A stretch of 64,000 bases of DNA. It comes from Narcine bancroftii. Lineage: Eukaryota. Each line of letters starts with the position of its first letter. Positions within the stretch are counted from its first letter, which is position 1. The DNA is taken from contig NC_091473.1 of assembly GCF_036971445.1 (NCBI RefSeq), forward strand, positions 208,196,001-208,260,000, written 5' to 3'. Below, piece after piece: positions 1 through 12,054 of the stretch. A program made the translations under genes and the position numbers. A model generated the notes under the pieces. It was not told where the DNA came from and searched no databases. It was given only the letters and a program-made list of their open reading frames with translations.

Positions 1-1311
1 GAGAACAGTCTGTTTTGTTGTCCTGGAATAAATATTTTCAATACCGCAGGATGCTTCAGTGTAAATTTATATCCTTTCTTCCATAAAATCGCTTTTGCTG
101 CATTGAACTCTTTTCTCTTCTTTAGGAATTCAAAGCTTATATCTGGATAAATGAAGATTTTTTGCCCTTTATACTCCAGTGGTTTGTTGCCCTCTCTTAC
201 TTTTTCCATTGTCTTCTCCAGTACCTTTTCTCTTGTAGTATATCTTAGGAATTTTACTACAATAGATCTTGGTTTTTGTTGTGGTTGTGGTTTAGGGGCC
301 AATGCTCTATGTGCCCTTTCTATTTCCATTTCTTGCTGTAGTTCTGGACATCCTAGGGCCTTAGGGATCCATTCTTTTATAAACTCCCTCATGTTCTTGC
401 CTTCTTCATCTTCCTTAAGGCCCACTATCTTTATGTTATTTCTTCTGTTATAATTTTCCATTATATCTATTTTTTGGGCTAGTAATTCTTGTGTCTCTTT
501 AGTTTTTTTATTAGATTCCTCCAATTTCTTTTTTAAGTCTTCTACCTCCATTTCTGCTGCTACTGCCCGTTCTTCCATCTTGTCCATTTTTTTCCCCATT
601 TCTGTTAAGGTCATATCCATTTTATTTATTTTCTTTTCTGTGTTGTTTATTCTTCTTCTTAAATCATTGAATTCCTGTGTTTGCCATTCTTTAAATGACT
701 CCATGTATCCTCTAACAAGAGCAAGTATATCCTTTACCTTGCCTTTCCCTTTATCTATTTCACTGTATTCTTCCTCTTCTTCTTCCTCTGGGTTGGCCAT
801 CTGTTGTTTCTTTGCTGCCCTTTCCTCCTCTTCTTTCTTGTTTCCATTGTCTTCTGTGGTCTCTTCTTGCTGCAGGTGTTCTGCAGCTGTCGTTGCCGGC
901 TGTGGAGATCGACTCCCCAGCTGGTCCCCCCTCCCGTCGGTGTGTTTTTTTTCATGCGCATCGCGCATGCGTGACTCCTCGCGCATGCGCGGTTGCACAC
1001 TTTTACTCGGCTCTGTGAGCCATTGTTGTAGTTCTTTTTCTACCGACCTGAGGTAGTGGGGTCTTCTCTCCACAGCGGGCCTCTTCGGACAGGTAAGGCC
1101 TTCACCTTTTTCCTCCGTTGTCTTCTCTTCCTCTCTTCTTTCCGTTGATTTTGATTTTTCTCCTTTTGTCTCCATCTTCTTTCCACCTTTATACTCACTT
1201 TTCTTTAACTTGTATTTCTGTGTCTTTGTATTTTCTCTTGTTTTTCCCGACTTTTCTGGAGAGGGCTGGAGTTCACCGTCCGGCCACTACTCCATCACGT
1301 GACTCTTCCCC
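1..1311 (-). mobile_element. L1/Tx1-like LINE, 5' UTR and ORF1 (continues off the left edge)
   Basis: The reverse strand encodes an L1-ORF1-like Lys/Glu-rich protein closely similar to ORF 56101..56790. The 5' terminus ccggccactactccatcacgtgactc is shared with 56835-56860. Confidence 0.85.
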
Positions 1312-1489
1312 CCATATCTGTGAATTCTGATGTTTGGTAACTGCTTTTAATATTTCAAATTTCATGAAGTTTGGAGCAATTCCCTTGGATGAGATACAGA
1401 AAATGCATTTCCTACATTCAGGAAGGTAGAGCAGGAAGTCTGCAATCACAGGCCACTTGGCTGAACATCTGCCATCAGTAAAATATTCA

Positions 1490-2240
1490 CAAGAAACAGA
1501 AGTAGGCCATTCAGCCCATCAAATCTGTTCTGCAACTCCACACTGAGCTAAACCTTTCTCGCGTCTAGTTCCAATTTCCGGCCTTTTCCCCATTATCCTT
1601 GATACTCTGACTAATTAGATACTTCCTTTAACTCCTCCAATGATCGGGCCTCCACTACTTTATGTGGCAATGAATCCCACAAATCCACAACCCCCTGGCT
1701 AAGGAAATTTCTCCTCCTCTCTGTTTTAAATGGGTTCCTTCTAATTCTAAGACTGTGTCCTCTTGTCCTCCAAGGGAAATATTTATTCACTTCTACTCTG
1801 TCCAATCCTTTCAGCTTTCAAAATGTTTCTGCGAGATCCCTTCTTATTCTTCTATTCTCCAATGAATACAGTCAAGAGCTGCTAAGCGTTCCTCATGTGT
1901 TAGCCCTTGCATTCCAGGAATCATCCTGGTAAATCTTCTCCGTACTCTCTCCAACATCATTACATCCCTTCTAAGATAAGGGGCTGAAAACTGAACACAG
2001 TACTCTGAATAAGGTCTCACCAGTGCCCCGTAGAGCTTCGTCAACACCTCTTTACCCTTATACACTATTCCTCTTGAAATGAATGCCAACATAGCATTCA
2101 CTTTCTTGACTGCTAATCCAACCTTTCGGGTGTCCTGCACAAGAACCCCAAGTCCCTTTACACTTAAAAATTTTGAATTTTCTCCCCAACCAAATAATAA
2201 TCTGTCTGTTTATTTCCTCTTCCAAAATGTTAGAAGCTAT
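1490..2240 (-). mobile_element. CR1 LINE 3' fragment
   Basis: ORFs 1844..2140 (LYGALVRPYSEYCVQF...LERVRRRFTRMIPG) and 1611..1805 (TRGHSLRI) match the CR1 ORF2 C-terminus. Confidence 0.85.
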
Positions 2241-2589
2241 AAAGTACAATCTCATATTGCCTTATAATGTGGAAGGGGCGCATTCAGCCCGATGAGTCTG
2301 CACCAGCTCTCAGAGCATTCTGTTTTCTTTCAACTCATATAACTCCCCACTCATTCCCCTGTTACCTCCCTACTGCAGAGGTCATTTACAGCGGCCAATT
2401 AACCAACATGGCAACACATCTTTGGGATGCAAGAGGAGACTGGAGAATCCAGCAGGAACCTACATAGTCACAGGAAGAACACACAACCCCTGCTTGGAAT
2501 TCTTTGAATACGTGACATGAGTTGCAGAGAATGGGTAGCTGGTGGATGTACTGTACTCAGATTGCAGAAGACAAGGATCATTTAAATTT

Positions 2590-2820
2590 AAATATACAGC
2601 ACAGGAACAGGCTATTTCAGCCCATGGGTCCAATTTACACCCAATTAACTGACTCCACTGGTAAGTTTTGAATGGTGGAAGGAAACTGGAGACCCTGGGA
2701 AAAATCCACACAGACTCCAAGAGAACGTACAAACTCCTTACAGACAGTGCAGGATTCCAAACCCAATCTTGATTGTTGGTGCTGTAAAGGCGTTGAACTA
2801 ACTGCTACGCCAACCGTGCT
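2590..2820 (-). mobile_element. V-SINE/HE1-like SINE; related copies at about 15400-15655, 30950-31180, 31510-31735, 39360-39575 and 44780-44995
   Basis: The recurrent block ggaaggaaactggag...acacagac...gagaacgtacaaactccttacagacag is seen at all of these positions. Family assignment is from recall. Confidence 0.65.
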
Positions 2821-3749
2821 GTCCAGTTACCTCCTGAGCCTTAAGCTTCATTTTTCTGCAATAGCCCTCTAAGGCCTTTTCAGGAAAATAAAGCTCAAGG
2901 ATTAGGAGATAACATCTTGACATGGAGAGAAGGGCTGGGTAGTAACGGGAAGCAGGGAGTCAACATTCTTGGGTCTTTTTTGATTGGAAAAATGTACTGA
3001 GTGAGATGCCACAGGCCTTCAACCTGCTAATATATATACAGTCAATGCTTGGGTAAAGGTTCTGAAGGCACAGTTGCTTGATGATCAGATCGAAAGTCGA
3101 TGCTGAAGACAAAAAGGATAGAGGTGGGGTAAGTGAGGGTGTAAAAATCTGGCAAAGGATGTTAGAAAATCTGCAATGGTCCATTTCAGAAAACTGAAAA
3201 TGCCAAGAGTGAGAGATTGCAGGGGTCAGAGGTGAAGAGAGATCTGGGTAACCATTTGCAAAGATTACAAAAGGCTGGTATATAACCACAGCAATAATGA
3301 AAGCTCACAGATTGTTGTTGTTTGCAGACAGAGGAAATAATGACGAAGGTGGGAGAGCTATGAATCAGTAGTAGGGAGCAGCCATTCTCAAACTTTTTGA
3401 GCTATGGCCCCCTTAGGACTCTGCCAGAAGTGTATGGGCTCCCTTCCCTGTGAAGCAGTCAAGTTTAGTTGGTTTCCTCATATGTCTCTCCTACTGACTG
3501 CATAAAAAACAACTCATATTTTATGATTTCAGACCTGACAACCCCCCACCCCCACCCCTGTCCTTGAATGTGCTGTGACTTCCAGGAGGCTATATGGCCC
3601 CTGGTAAGAATGGCTGGTATAGAACACTGGTAAATACCCATGCAAATTTCTGTGCACAATATTTTTTCCTTATTTCATCAGAGAAGCAGTTCAGAGAAGT
3701 TTTACTCATAAGCAAACTGGACTGGACAAATTTTCTTAGAACGATAGAA

Positions 3750-4720
3750 CCATAGAACAATAAAGCACCAAAACAGGCCTTTTGGCCCTTCTAGTCTGTG
3801 CCAAACTATTTCCTGCCTGGTCCAACAGAATTGCATCCAGAACATATCCCTCCCTACGCCTCCTGTTCTTGGATCCATCTAAATTTTTCTTAAATCTCAG
3901 AAATTAAACTGCACACAATGCTCCAAATTTGGCATCATCAATATCTTATGCAACTTCATCATAACCTCTCAGCCACTGTACTCAGTGCTTTGATTTACGA
4001 AGGCCAATGTGCCAAAAGCTCTCTTTACATTCCTATCCACCTCTGATGCCACATTCAGTGAATTATTTAGCTGTATTCCCAGATCCTTCTGTTCTTCTGC
4101 ACTCCTCAGTGTCCTACCATTTACAGTGCATGTCCTGCCTTGGTTTGTCTTTCCAAAGTGCAACACCTCACATTGGTCTGCATGTCATTCCATCTGCCAT
4201 TTTACAGCCTATTTTTCCAGCTGGTTCAGTTCCCTCTGCAAGCTTTGAAAGCTCTCCTCACTATCCACTCCACCTCCAGTCTTTGTGTCATGTGCAAGTT
4301 TACTCATCCAATTTACCACATTATCGTTCCAAAGACCAGATCATTGATACAGATGACAATGAAAAGTGGATCCAGCACCGATCCTTGAGGCACACCACTA
4401 GGCACAGGCCTCCAGTCAGAGAGACAACTGTTCACTACCATTCTCTCGCTTCTCCCATAAAGCCAATGTCTAACCAAATTTACTACCTCACCATGAAAAC
4501 CGAGCAATTAAACCTTCCTCACTATCCTCCCATGCGGGTCCTTGTCAAAGGCCTTACTAAATTCCATGTTGACAACATCCACCGCCTTCATCAACTTTCC
4601 TATTAACCACCTCGAAAAACTCGAGATTAGTTAAACATGACCTTCCATGCACAAAGCCATGTGGACAATCCTCATCAGTCCCTGTCAATCTAAATACTTG
4701 TATCCAAATACATGTTAGGC
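3750..4720 (-). mobile_element. CR1 LINE RT fragment
   Basis: ORFs 4313..4507 ([18 protein letters not shown]) and 3969..4166 (LHFGKTNQ...EQKDLGI). Confidence 0.85.
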
Positions 4721-6739
4721 TTAGATTTGCTGGAATCTAGAAGAATGGGATGAATTGATTGAAATGTCTAAAATACTGAGGGATAGTGGCTGGGTGATGT
4801 GGGATATTCTGGAACTAGGGATCACAGCTTCAAAGTAAAGGGTTGCCAAATTAAAACAGAGATCAGGTCTTTGGAATGATATCCTTCCAGGACAATGGAA
4901 GCACGGTGTTTGGATATTTGTGAAGGCAGAGGGAGATGGGTATCTGAAAAGCAAGGGATGAATAGTGGAATTGCGGAATTCGTTGCTACAGGAGATGGCT
5001 GAAGTGAATGATGGAGATGCATTTAAGGGGAAACTAACAGGGCCTGTGTGATGAATCTGTGTCATGCTGTCAGTCTTTCGCTGTGCTTAGTCTGCTTTAC
5101 TGACATTAGATGTGTATTATCTCTACCACTAAAGACACTCCCCTTATTTATAACTGTGTTTGCACCCATTATCATTCCTTATTGTATTACTTAGTTTCTA
5201 CTAATAAAAGCCATGATTTCTGGTGAACTACACAGCCTTCATTCTCTTCATTAACTGGCACTTCAGTCTGAAGGAGAGGTACAGCGACTGATAACACAAC
5301 AGGACTTAGTGTGGGCTATCAGCAAGTATACAACAAGGTTTCACGTCTCAGACACTGGAAAATTGAATGTGGAAAATGTGAGCTCGTCCATTTTGAAAAC
5401 AAAAATAGAAATTCAGAGTATTGTTTACAAAGTGAGAGAACGAAAGGTCAGAGGGATATGGGTGCTCTTGCACAAGAATCACTGAAGTTAAAATGCAGGT
5501 GAGACAGTGATTATTGGAAGAAGATTTGATTAGAGGAGCAGAGGAAAGTTGCTCCAATTTTTGAGAGCCCTTCTGACACAATATTTGGAATAAGGATTAC
5601 AGCTCTGAAGGAAGGATCACGTGATTGAGGGATTGCAGGGATTGAGTTCTGGGATGTGGGCTTGTTGCATGTTAAGCATGAAGCAGGCTGCATCTCTGCT
5701 TTTCTGAATTTGGAACAGGGTGTGTGACCTCATTAAAATGTCTGATATTTAGTGAGAGACTTGGCAGGGTGAATTTTGAGGTGATGTTTCTGCTGGTGGG
5801 GTGTCTAGAACCAAGGTTCAGTCACATAGTTCTATCACTGAGGACCAAGATGAGGAGAATGTCCTCACCCAGAATGGAGTGAATCTGTGAAATTCTTGAA
5901 ATTCTGGATCCAGAGTCAATCCCTGACTCCATTTGAGGATGCAATAAATGGACTTTGAGATATGAATGTTTCAACAGATGTGAGTTTATGCATAGAAATG
6001 GCCCTGAGGTCAAATGTGAACAGATTGATGGAGAGAGTATGTGGGGCTGGATGGGCTTCTCCTCTCCCTGTCTCTCATGTTCTTGTATTTCCCACTGTCC
6101 TGGATCAACTGGTTCCACGGTGAGAGCTGAGGATGTAACAGAGTTGTCCTGGGGACCTCCAACAACATGTATGATTTCTGCCTGTATCAATGTCACCTTC
6201 ACCAGTGGGGTCACAGCCAGCTTGTGTCAATGGCAGTGGGTTGAGGTCCCACTCCAGTGACTGGAGCCCTTCCTGCAGTCTGGCCCTCCCAGCACAGGTC
6301 TGAGGGAGCTGCTGCCCTTCTGAGGAAGCAGTGAACTTCCTGTCATGTGATGTGAATGTAGAAGGTTTAGGAAATTCTCCATCATCCATGCCAACCAGCA
6401 TCAATGAAATAGCTTGTCTGCTCCCTTTATTTCATTGATGTTCAGGAAACTTGCTTTGTACAATTTGGGTCCCATGGTCCAGTCAAGACAACAGTGACTC
6501 CACTTCAAAAAGTACTTTGCTGTCTGTGATCAAGCCCTGATTTAACATGGAACAGTACAGCACAGTAAAGGGCCTTTTCCCCACCTCATATCTGTAATCC
6601 ACAATCTTTCTTACATATATCTGCCTTTTGAAGTCTTTCAAATGTTCTGATGGTACCAGTTTCCATTCCAGACACACACCATTCTTTGTGTAAAAATAAA
6701 TGCCCCTGATGTTTCTCCTAAACTTTCCAATCTCTCAGG

Positions 6740-7200
6740 GGGATATTTGCACACTGAACAGTGCCTCTCAATTCCTGTCTATGCGATCTCTCATTTATTT
6801 TTTCTTGGAGATATCTGTACACTGACCGATGTCTCTCTTTGTCACACACGGGAACATCTGTACACAGTCCCTCTCTCTCGGGGGATATCGGAACACTGAC
6901 TGGTGCCTCTCAGTCCTTCTCTCTGGGGGGTGGGGGTGGTGGGCATATCTGAACACTGTCCAGTGTCTCTCAGTTCATCTCTCTCGGGGGGATATCTGAA
7001 CACTGTCCAGTGTCTCTCAGTACCTCTCCTTCAGGGGGATATCAGAACACTGACCTGTGTGTCTCTCTGTCCTTCTCTCTGGTGGATGGGGGTTGTGGGG
7101 ATATCTGAACACTGACCGGGGTCTCTCAGTCCTTCTCTCTGGTGGGGTGGGGGTTGTGGGAATATCTGAACACTGACCAGTCCCTCTCTCGCAGGGGTAT
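6740..7200. repeat. Tandem repeat of about 45-60 bp immediately upstream of the VH promoter
   Basis: About 8 copies of ggggatatctgaacactg(tc/ac)cagtgtctctcagt..ctctct. Confidence 0.85.
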
Positions 7201-7259
7201 ATGAGTGAATTGAAAAGTATGATAGATCTTTAATCCGGATCTTATCATGACCACTGGCC

Positions 7260-7410
7260 TGCACCTGTTGCACAGACAAACATCTTTTGGGGAATTGAAA
7301 TCTCTGCTGGGGGCGGGGACAGGAAGCTGCCCCTCTGGTTTCAGTGGGTGGGAGCCTGTTCAAGCCGCGGTTCCCTCTCTCCCTCTCACTGGCCCCTTCC
7401 CCATTTAAAC
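7260..7410 (+). promoter_or_regulatory. Putative VH promoter (E-box, GC box, Ets site, TATA-like; no octamer)
   Basis: CACCTG at 7262, GGGGCGGGG at 7310-7318, CAGGAAG at 7320 and CATTTAAA at about 7401, 90-240 bp before the ATG at 7498. Confidence 0.4.
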
Positions 7411-7497
7411 AGCGCTCACTGCAGCTCCCGACAAAGCCGGTCTGAGCTGAAGCCGCCGATCTGTGGAGTGTCCAAGTCTGGCTCAGTGCGCGGGGCG

Positions 7498-7543
7498 ATG
7501 GGGATCGCTCCTTATCTCTTTCTCTTTCTGTCCTGTCTGGCAG
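7498..7543 (+). CDS. IGHV: IgW VH leader exon (MGIAPYLFLFLSCLAG)
   Basis: ATG followed by a hydrophobic signal peptide, a phase-1 donor G|GTGGGT and a 109-bp intron to the V exon. Confidence 0.93.
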
Positions 7544-7652
7544 GTGGGTGCCCCGTGTCTTCACCCAGCCCGGCCGGGCCCGGCTGCTTCTCGGAGACTC
7601 TCTCGCCGTTGAACCGATCATTAAAATCCACTCTTTTCTCTTTTACTGACAG

Positions 7653-7950
7653 GCGTGCGGTCCGACGTCGTCCTGACACAGGTCGCGTCAGCGGTGAAGA
7701 AGCCCGGGGAGTCCTACAGACTGACCTGTGAGACCAGAGGGTTCGATCTCAGCAGCTCCTACATGCACTGGGTGAAACAGGTCTCCGGGAAAGGGCTGGA
7801 ATGGTTGGTGTGGTATTATAGCGAAAGTAGCAAGTATTACGCGCCTGGAATCCAAGACAGATTCACCGCTTCCAAGGGAAGTAACAACTTCTACCTACAA
7901 ATGAACAAGCTGAAAGTGGAAGACACGGCCACCTATTACTGTGCGAGAGA
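7653..7950 (+). CDS. IGHV: IgW-type VH segment, unrearranged and intact
   Basis: Acceptor ttttactgacAG. Encodes DVVLTQ...LTC...[12 protein letters not shown]...[10 protein letters not shown] with both Cys and the Trp, followed by an RSS. Confidence 0.97.
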
Positions 7951-7989
7951 CACAGCGAGAGGAAGCGGGGCTGGACCGCTGCAAAAACC
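7951..7989 (+). other. VH 3' recombination signal, 23-bp spacer
   Basis: CACAGCG, 23 nt, GCAAAAACC. Confidence 0.95.
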
Positions 7990-8300
7990 CAGCGAGAGCG
8001 CCTGCCCTCAGGGCGCTGAGTGAGAGGGCAGCAGTGATCACCACAGGGATTCCCGGCCTTGCTGTGCCCCCGTCGGCCCTCCCTGCAATAGGAGGCGAGT
8101 GGTTGAAGGACGAGGGGATCGATCACAGAACAGGTCGGAGCCAAGCGCCGCGGATGGGACTGGAGTATCGGAACCAGGAGCACGAAGCGGCGGCCCCAGC
8201 CCCCTGGCCAGTGTGGATGGGAGGGGATCTGTGAGCCGGGACAGTGTCGGGACGGTTTAACTGAGGGGAGAGTGGGGTCGGAGACAGAGTGAGGGACGGA

Positions 8301-8372
8301 GGTTGTTGAACGGCGGTGTGTCACCGTGACTCTAGCTGGAGTGTCACGGTGGTAGGGAGCTGAGCAGAAACT
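8301..8372 (+). other. IGHD: DH segment (coding 8329-8344, ACTCTAGCTGGAGTGT) flanked by 12/12 RSS
   Basis: GGTTGTTGA, 12 nt, CACCGTG; then 16 nt; then CACGGTG, 12 nt, GCAGAAACT. Confidence 0.93.
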
Positions 8373-8711
8373 GGTCCCGCCCGACAAATGAGCGTCTGCA
8401 GCGCAGCCTGTCTCCAAGGATCCCGCATTGCTGCTTCCCAGGGTCACATCCCCGAAGCCTGACTGCGGCTGTTTGAGGAAATGTCCATTTGCGGGCAATT
8501 AAACACCCCAAAGCCGGCGACTGAGTTTCTCGCGGGGCGGGGGAGCCGGTGCCCGCAGACAGGAAAACTGCCCAAAATGCTGCTTTTATTCACTCGTCAG
8601 GAAGAGACGAGGACGGAGTTGGTGACAGAGATGTGGGAAGCGGCTGCTCCTGGTCCGGACAGGGTTCATTCTGACACTTGGCTGGGATAACTGGAGGTGA
8701 CGGCTCAGTGA

Positions 8712-8750
8712 AGTTACTGTATTGGGAGAGTCGGGAGACGGAGCAGTGTG
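8712..8750 (-). other. JH 5' recombination signal, 23-bp spacer
   Basis: Read on the + strand: AGTTACTGT, 23 nt, CAGTGTG, directly before the J coding end. Confidence 0.88.
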
Positions 8751-8795
8751 CGCTCGACTACTGGGGGAAAGGAACCTCGCTGACAGTGACTTCAG
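8751..8795 (+). CDS. IGHJ: JH segment (LDYWGKGTSLTVTS)
   Basis: WGxG motif and phase-1 donor G|GTAAGA. Confidence 0.96.
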
Positions 8796-10570
8796 GTAAG
8801 ACCCTACTTCTCCATTCCACCCTTTCCCATTTGTATTTTATTAATTTGCCCTTTGAGCTGCTTCACTGAGGCCAGTGAGATATTGAATCAATTACTTGAA
8901 TCTCCCCGAGACGGGCGGTTTCTCCAGTTACTGGAATCGGGGTTTCCTGTCGGCTGCTTTCGTGGTTATTACTGTTAGATAAGACCTGGCTGGGGAAAGG
9001 GTCCGCACATGTGTGATCCGGTTAAAGTCTGAATAACCCCAGGGTTCCAGTGGAGGTCAGTCCGCTCCTGTCATGACCGGTGTGAGGCCCGTCCCAGGAT
9101 ACACAAAGTATTGGGCAGCTCCGACTGCAGAGAGAGGTTAAATGATGGGATCAGAGTTTTATTCTCTGATGGGTGGGGAGGGGGCTACGGTGGGAAGAAT
9201 GATGTCCTTGAGAAAGTAGAGGGAGGGGGCGGTGAAGGGAAGGAAAGGCAGGAAAATGAACACAAAATTACTTCGTAGGTTCGGGGCTGCTTTGTACTGG
9301 TGGGTGCGGGAGGTGAGGTGTAAATCTTCAATCGGGGAGGGTTGAAGGGAACTTTTGTTGAGGCAGTAATTGTGTGATCTGGATCACACTGACTGCGAGG
9401 AGGTGGAAGGTTACGGAACAGGAGTGAAACACGAGCCTGCAGACGCTGTGATTATAGTAAATAACCACAGAAATGCTGAAGGAACTCAGCCGGTCTCGCA
9501 ACGTCAATAGGAGGAAAAGATACCGGCGTTTGGGGTCTGAGTCCTTCTTCAGGGGACAAGCAAAGATATCAGGAATGCAGACTGGAGAGAGAAAGGGGGG
9601 CAATGGGAGGGGGAGGAGTTCAGACCAAAATGTGTCCATTGGATACAAGAGGAAAGGTGAGGGTTGATATTGGCTTTGTGAAAGGAGACGGGGAGAGAGA
9701 CAGACAGAACTGGTGGAGAGGCGACTGGGGGTGGGGGGTGGTGGGTTTAATGGAAACCGGAGATAATAGTATAGAAGGAACAGGAGAGATCCTCCTTTCC
9801 TCTGGATTCGGGGAAAAGCAATTGGAGCAATGTTTGACCATTCCATTGAGTCATTCACTCCGTTAACTGGCAAACACTGACACAGTTGGATGAATCGTCT
9901 CGATCTGTGCTCAGTCATTCAATGAACATACTATTTATTTTATAAATCCAGAAAACACTCACTTAAAGATATCCCATCAAATATCGCAGGGCGTTCAGAG
10001 CCTGCGTTAAAAGCAGAATTAAGCTCTGTCCTGTCAGTGACGGATCAGATACAAAGTTCCTTTTGAACTTCCTCCTCACTCCCGGGGCACAGGTTTGACA
10101 CTGGGTGGAAGTTCCCTCCACACTCTCCTATTACAGCCTCCAGGACACTGACGGAAACTGAGACATGGAATCCAACTCTCCATGTGGTTCTGTCCAACGC
10201 TCCCAGGGTAAAAGCGACTGAACGCAGAGGATTCTTTCAATGGGAAAACAAATTGATGCCATTTGATGTCTAGAGTTCGCGACGATGAATAGTTTGCAGA
10301 GAGAAAATGTTAGACCCGGTTGAGATGTGAATTTTCAGCTGAACAGATTTGCTTTCTCTTTTCTCTTGAATTGCAATATTTAGAGATGCTCGAGAACTCT
10401 AAGCGTTTCAGTCCACATTATGTATTAACATGGCTCAGAGTTTAGAGTCAAAATGCCTAACTTTTCTGATGTTCTTTCCACTTCCTGAGATCAGGCCGAA
10501 TCCAAACCGAGCTGCTGATTCCCACATCCCCAGGTTATTTTGGAAAATCCAGCACTGTGTTATCAAACCC

Positions 10571-12054
10571 ACCTCCACCCCAGCACCCTGCTGTCCCACC
10601 TTGAAAATCTCCCCTCCACCCCAGCACCCTGCAGTCCCACTCAGCTCCTGTCACCTCCACCCCAGCACCCTGCTGCCCACCCAGAAAATCTCCCCTCCAC
10701 CACATCACCCTGCTATCCAATGGGCTCCTCTCTCCACTTCATTCCAGCACCTTGCTGTCCCACCCAACTCCTCCCCTTCTCCATCCCAGCAGTCTGCTGT
10801 CCCACCCAGCTCCACCCCCCTCTATCCTAACTCTATGCTGACCCACCCAGCACCTCTCCCATCTCCACCCCAGCACACTTCTGTACCTCCCACCTCCTGT
10901 CCCCTCTCCACCCCAGAACCCTGGTGTCCCACCAAGCACTTCTCTCTCCATCCCAGCATCCTGCTGACCCACCCAGCACCTCTCACCTCTCCACCCCAGC
11001 ACCCTGCTATCCCACCAGCTCCTCCCCTCCATTCCAGCACCCCACTGTCCCACCCAGCTCCTCCCCTCAATCCCAGCACCTCTCCACCCCAGCACCCTGC
11101 TGTCCCACTCAGCTCCTGTCACCTCCACCCCAGCACCCTGCTGTCCCAAATAGAAAATCTCCTCTTCACCCCATTACCCTGCTGTCCTACTCAGCTCCTG
11201 TCACCTACACCCCAGCACCCTGCTGTCCCACACAGAAAATCCCCTCCACCCCATCATCCTGCTGTCCCACTCAGCTCCTGTCACCTCCACCCCAGCACCC
11301 TGCTGCCCACCCAGAAAATCTCCTCTCCACATCACCCTGCTATCCAATGGGCTCCTCTCCCCAATCCACTCCAACACCCTGCTGTCCCGCCCAGTTCCTC
11401 CCCTTCTCCACCCCAGCATCTTGCTGACCCACCCAGCACTTCTCGCCTCTCCACCCCAACACCCTGCTGTCCCACTCAGCTCCTGTCACCTCCACCCCAG
11501 CACCCTGCTATACAACAGGCTCCTCTCTCCACTTCATTCCAGCACCTTGCTGTCCCACCCAACTCCTCCCCTTCTCCATCCCAGCAGTCTGCTGTCCCAC
11601 CCAGCTCCACCCCCCTCTATCCTAACTCTATGCTGACCCACCCAGCACCTCTCCCCTCTCCACCTCAGCCCACTGCTGTCCCTCCCACCTCCTGTCCCCT
11701 CTCCACCCCAGAACCCTGGTGTCCCAGCAAGCACTTCTCCTCTCTCCATCCCAGCATCTTGCTGACCCACCCAGCACCTCTCGCCTTTCCACCCCAGCAC
11801 CCTGCTGTCCCACCCACCTCCTGTCCCCTCTCCACCCCAGAACCCTGGTGTCCCAGCAAGCACTTCTCCTCTCTCCATCCCAGCATCTTGCTGACCCACC
11901 CAGCACCTCTCGCCTTTCCACCCCAGCACCCTGCTGTCCCACCCAGCTCCTCCCCTCCATCCCAGCACACCACTGTCCCACCCAGCTGCTCCCCTTCCAT
12001 CCCAGCACCTCTCCCCTTTCCACACCAGCACTCTGCTGTCCCACTCAGCTCCTA
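10571..12054. repeat. C-rich, WGCW-dense tandem repeat array in the J-C intron
   Basis: Repeated units of about 35 bp, e.g. ccccagcaccctgctgtcccacccagctcctcccct, with a higher-order duplication (about 10730-10990 versus 11525-11790). Confidence 0.95.

Noticed and set aside
8524-8570. Possible second D (agtttctcg, 12 nt, gccggtg)
   Set aside because: The heptamer is 3 mismatches from consensus and there is no 3' CAC heptamer partner.
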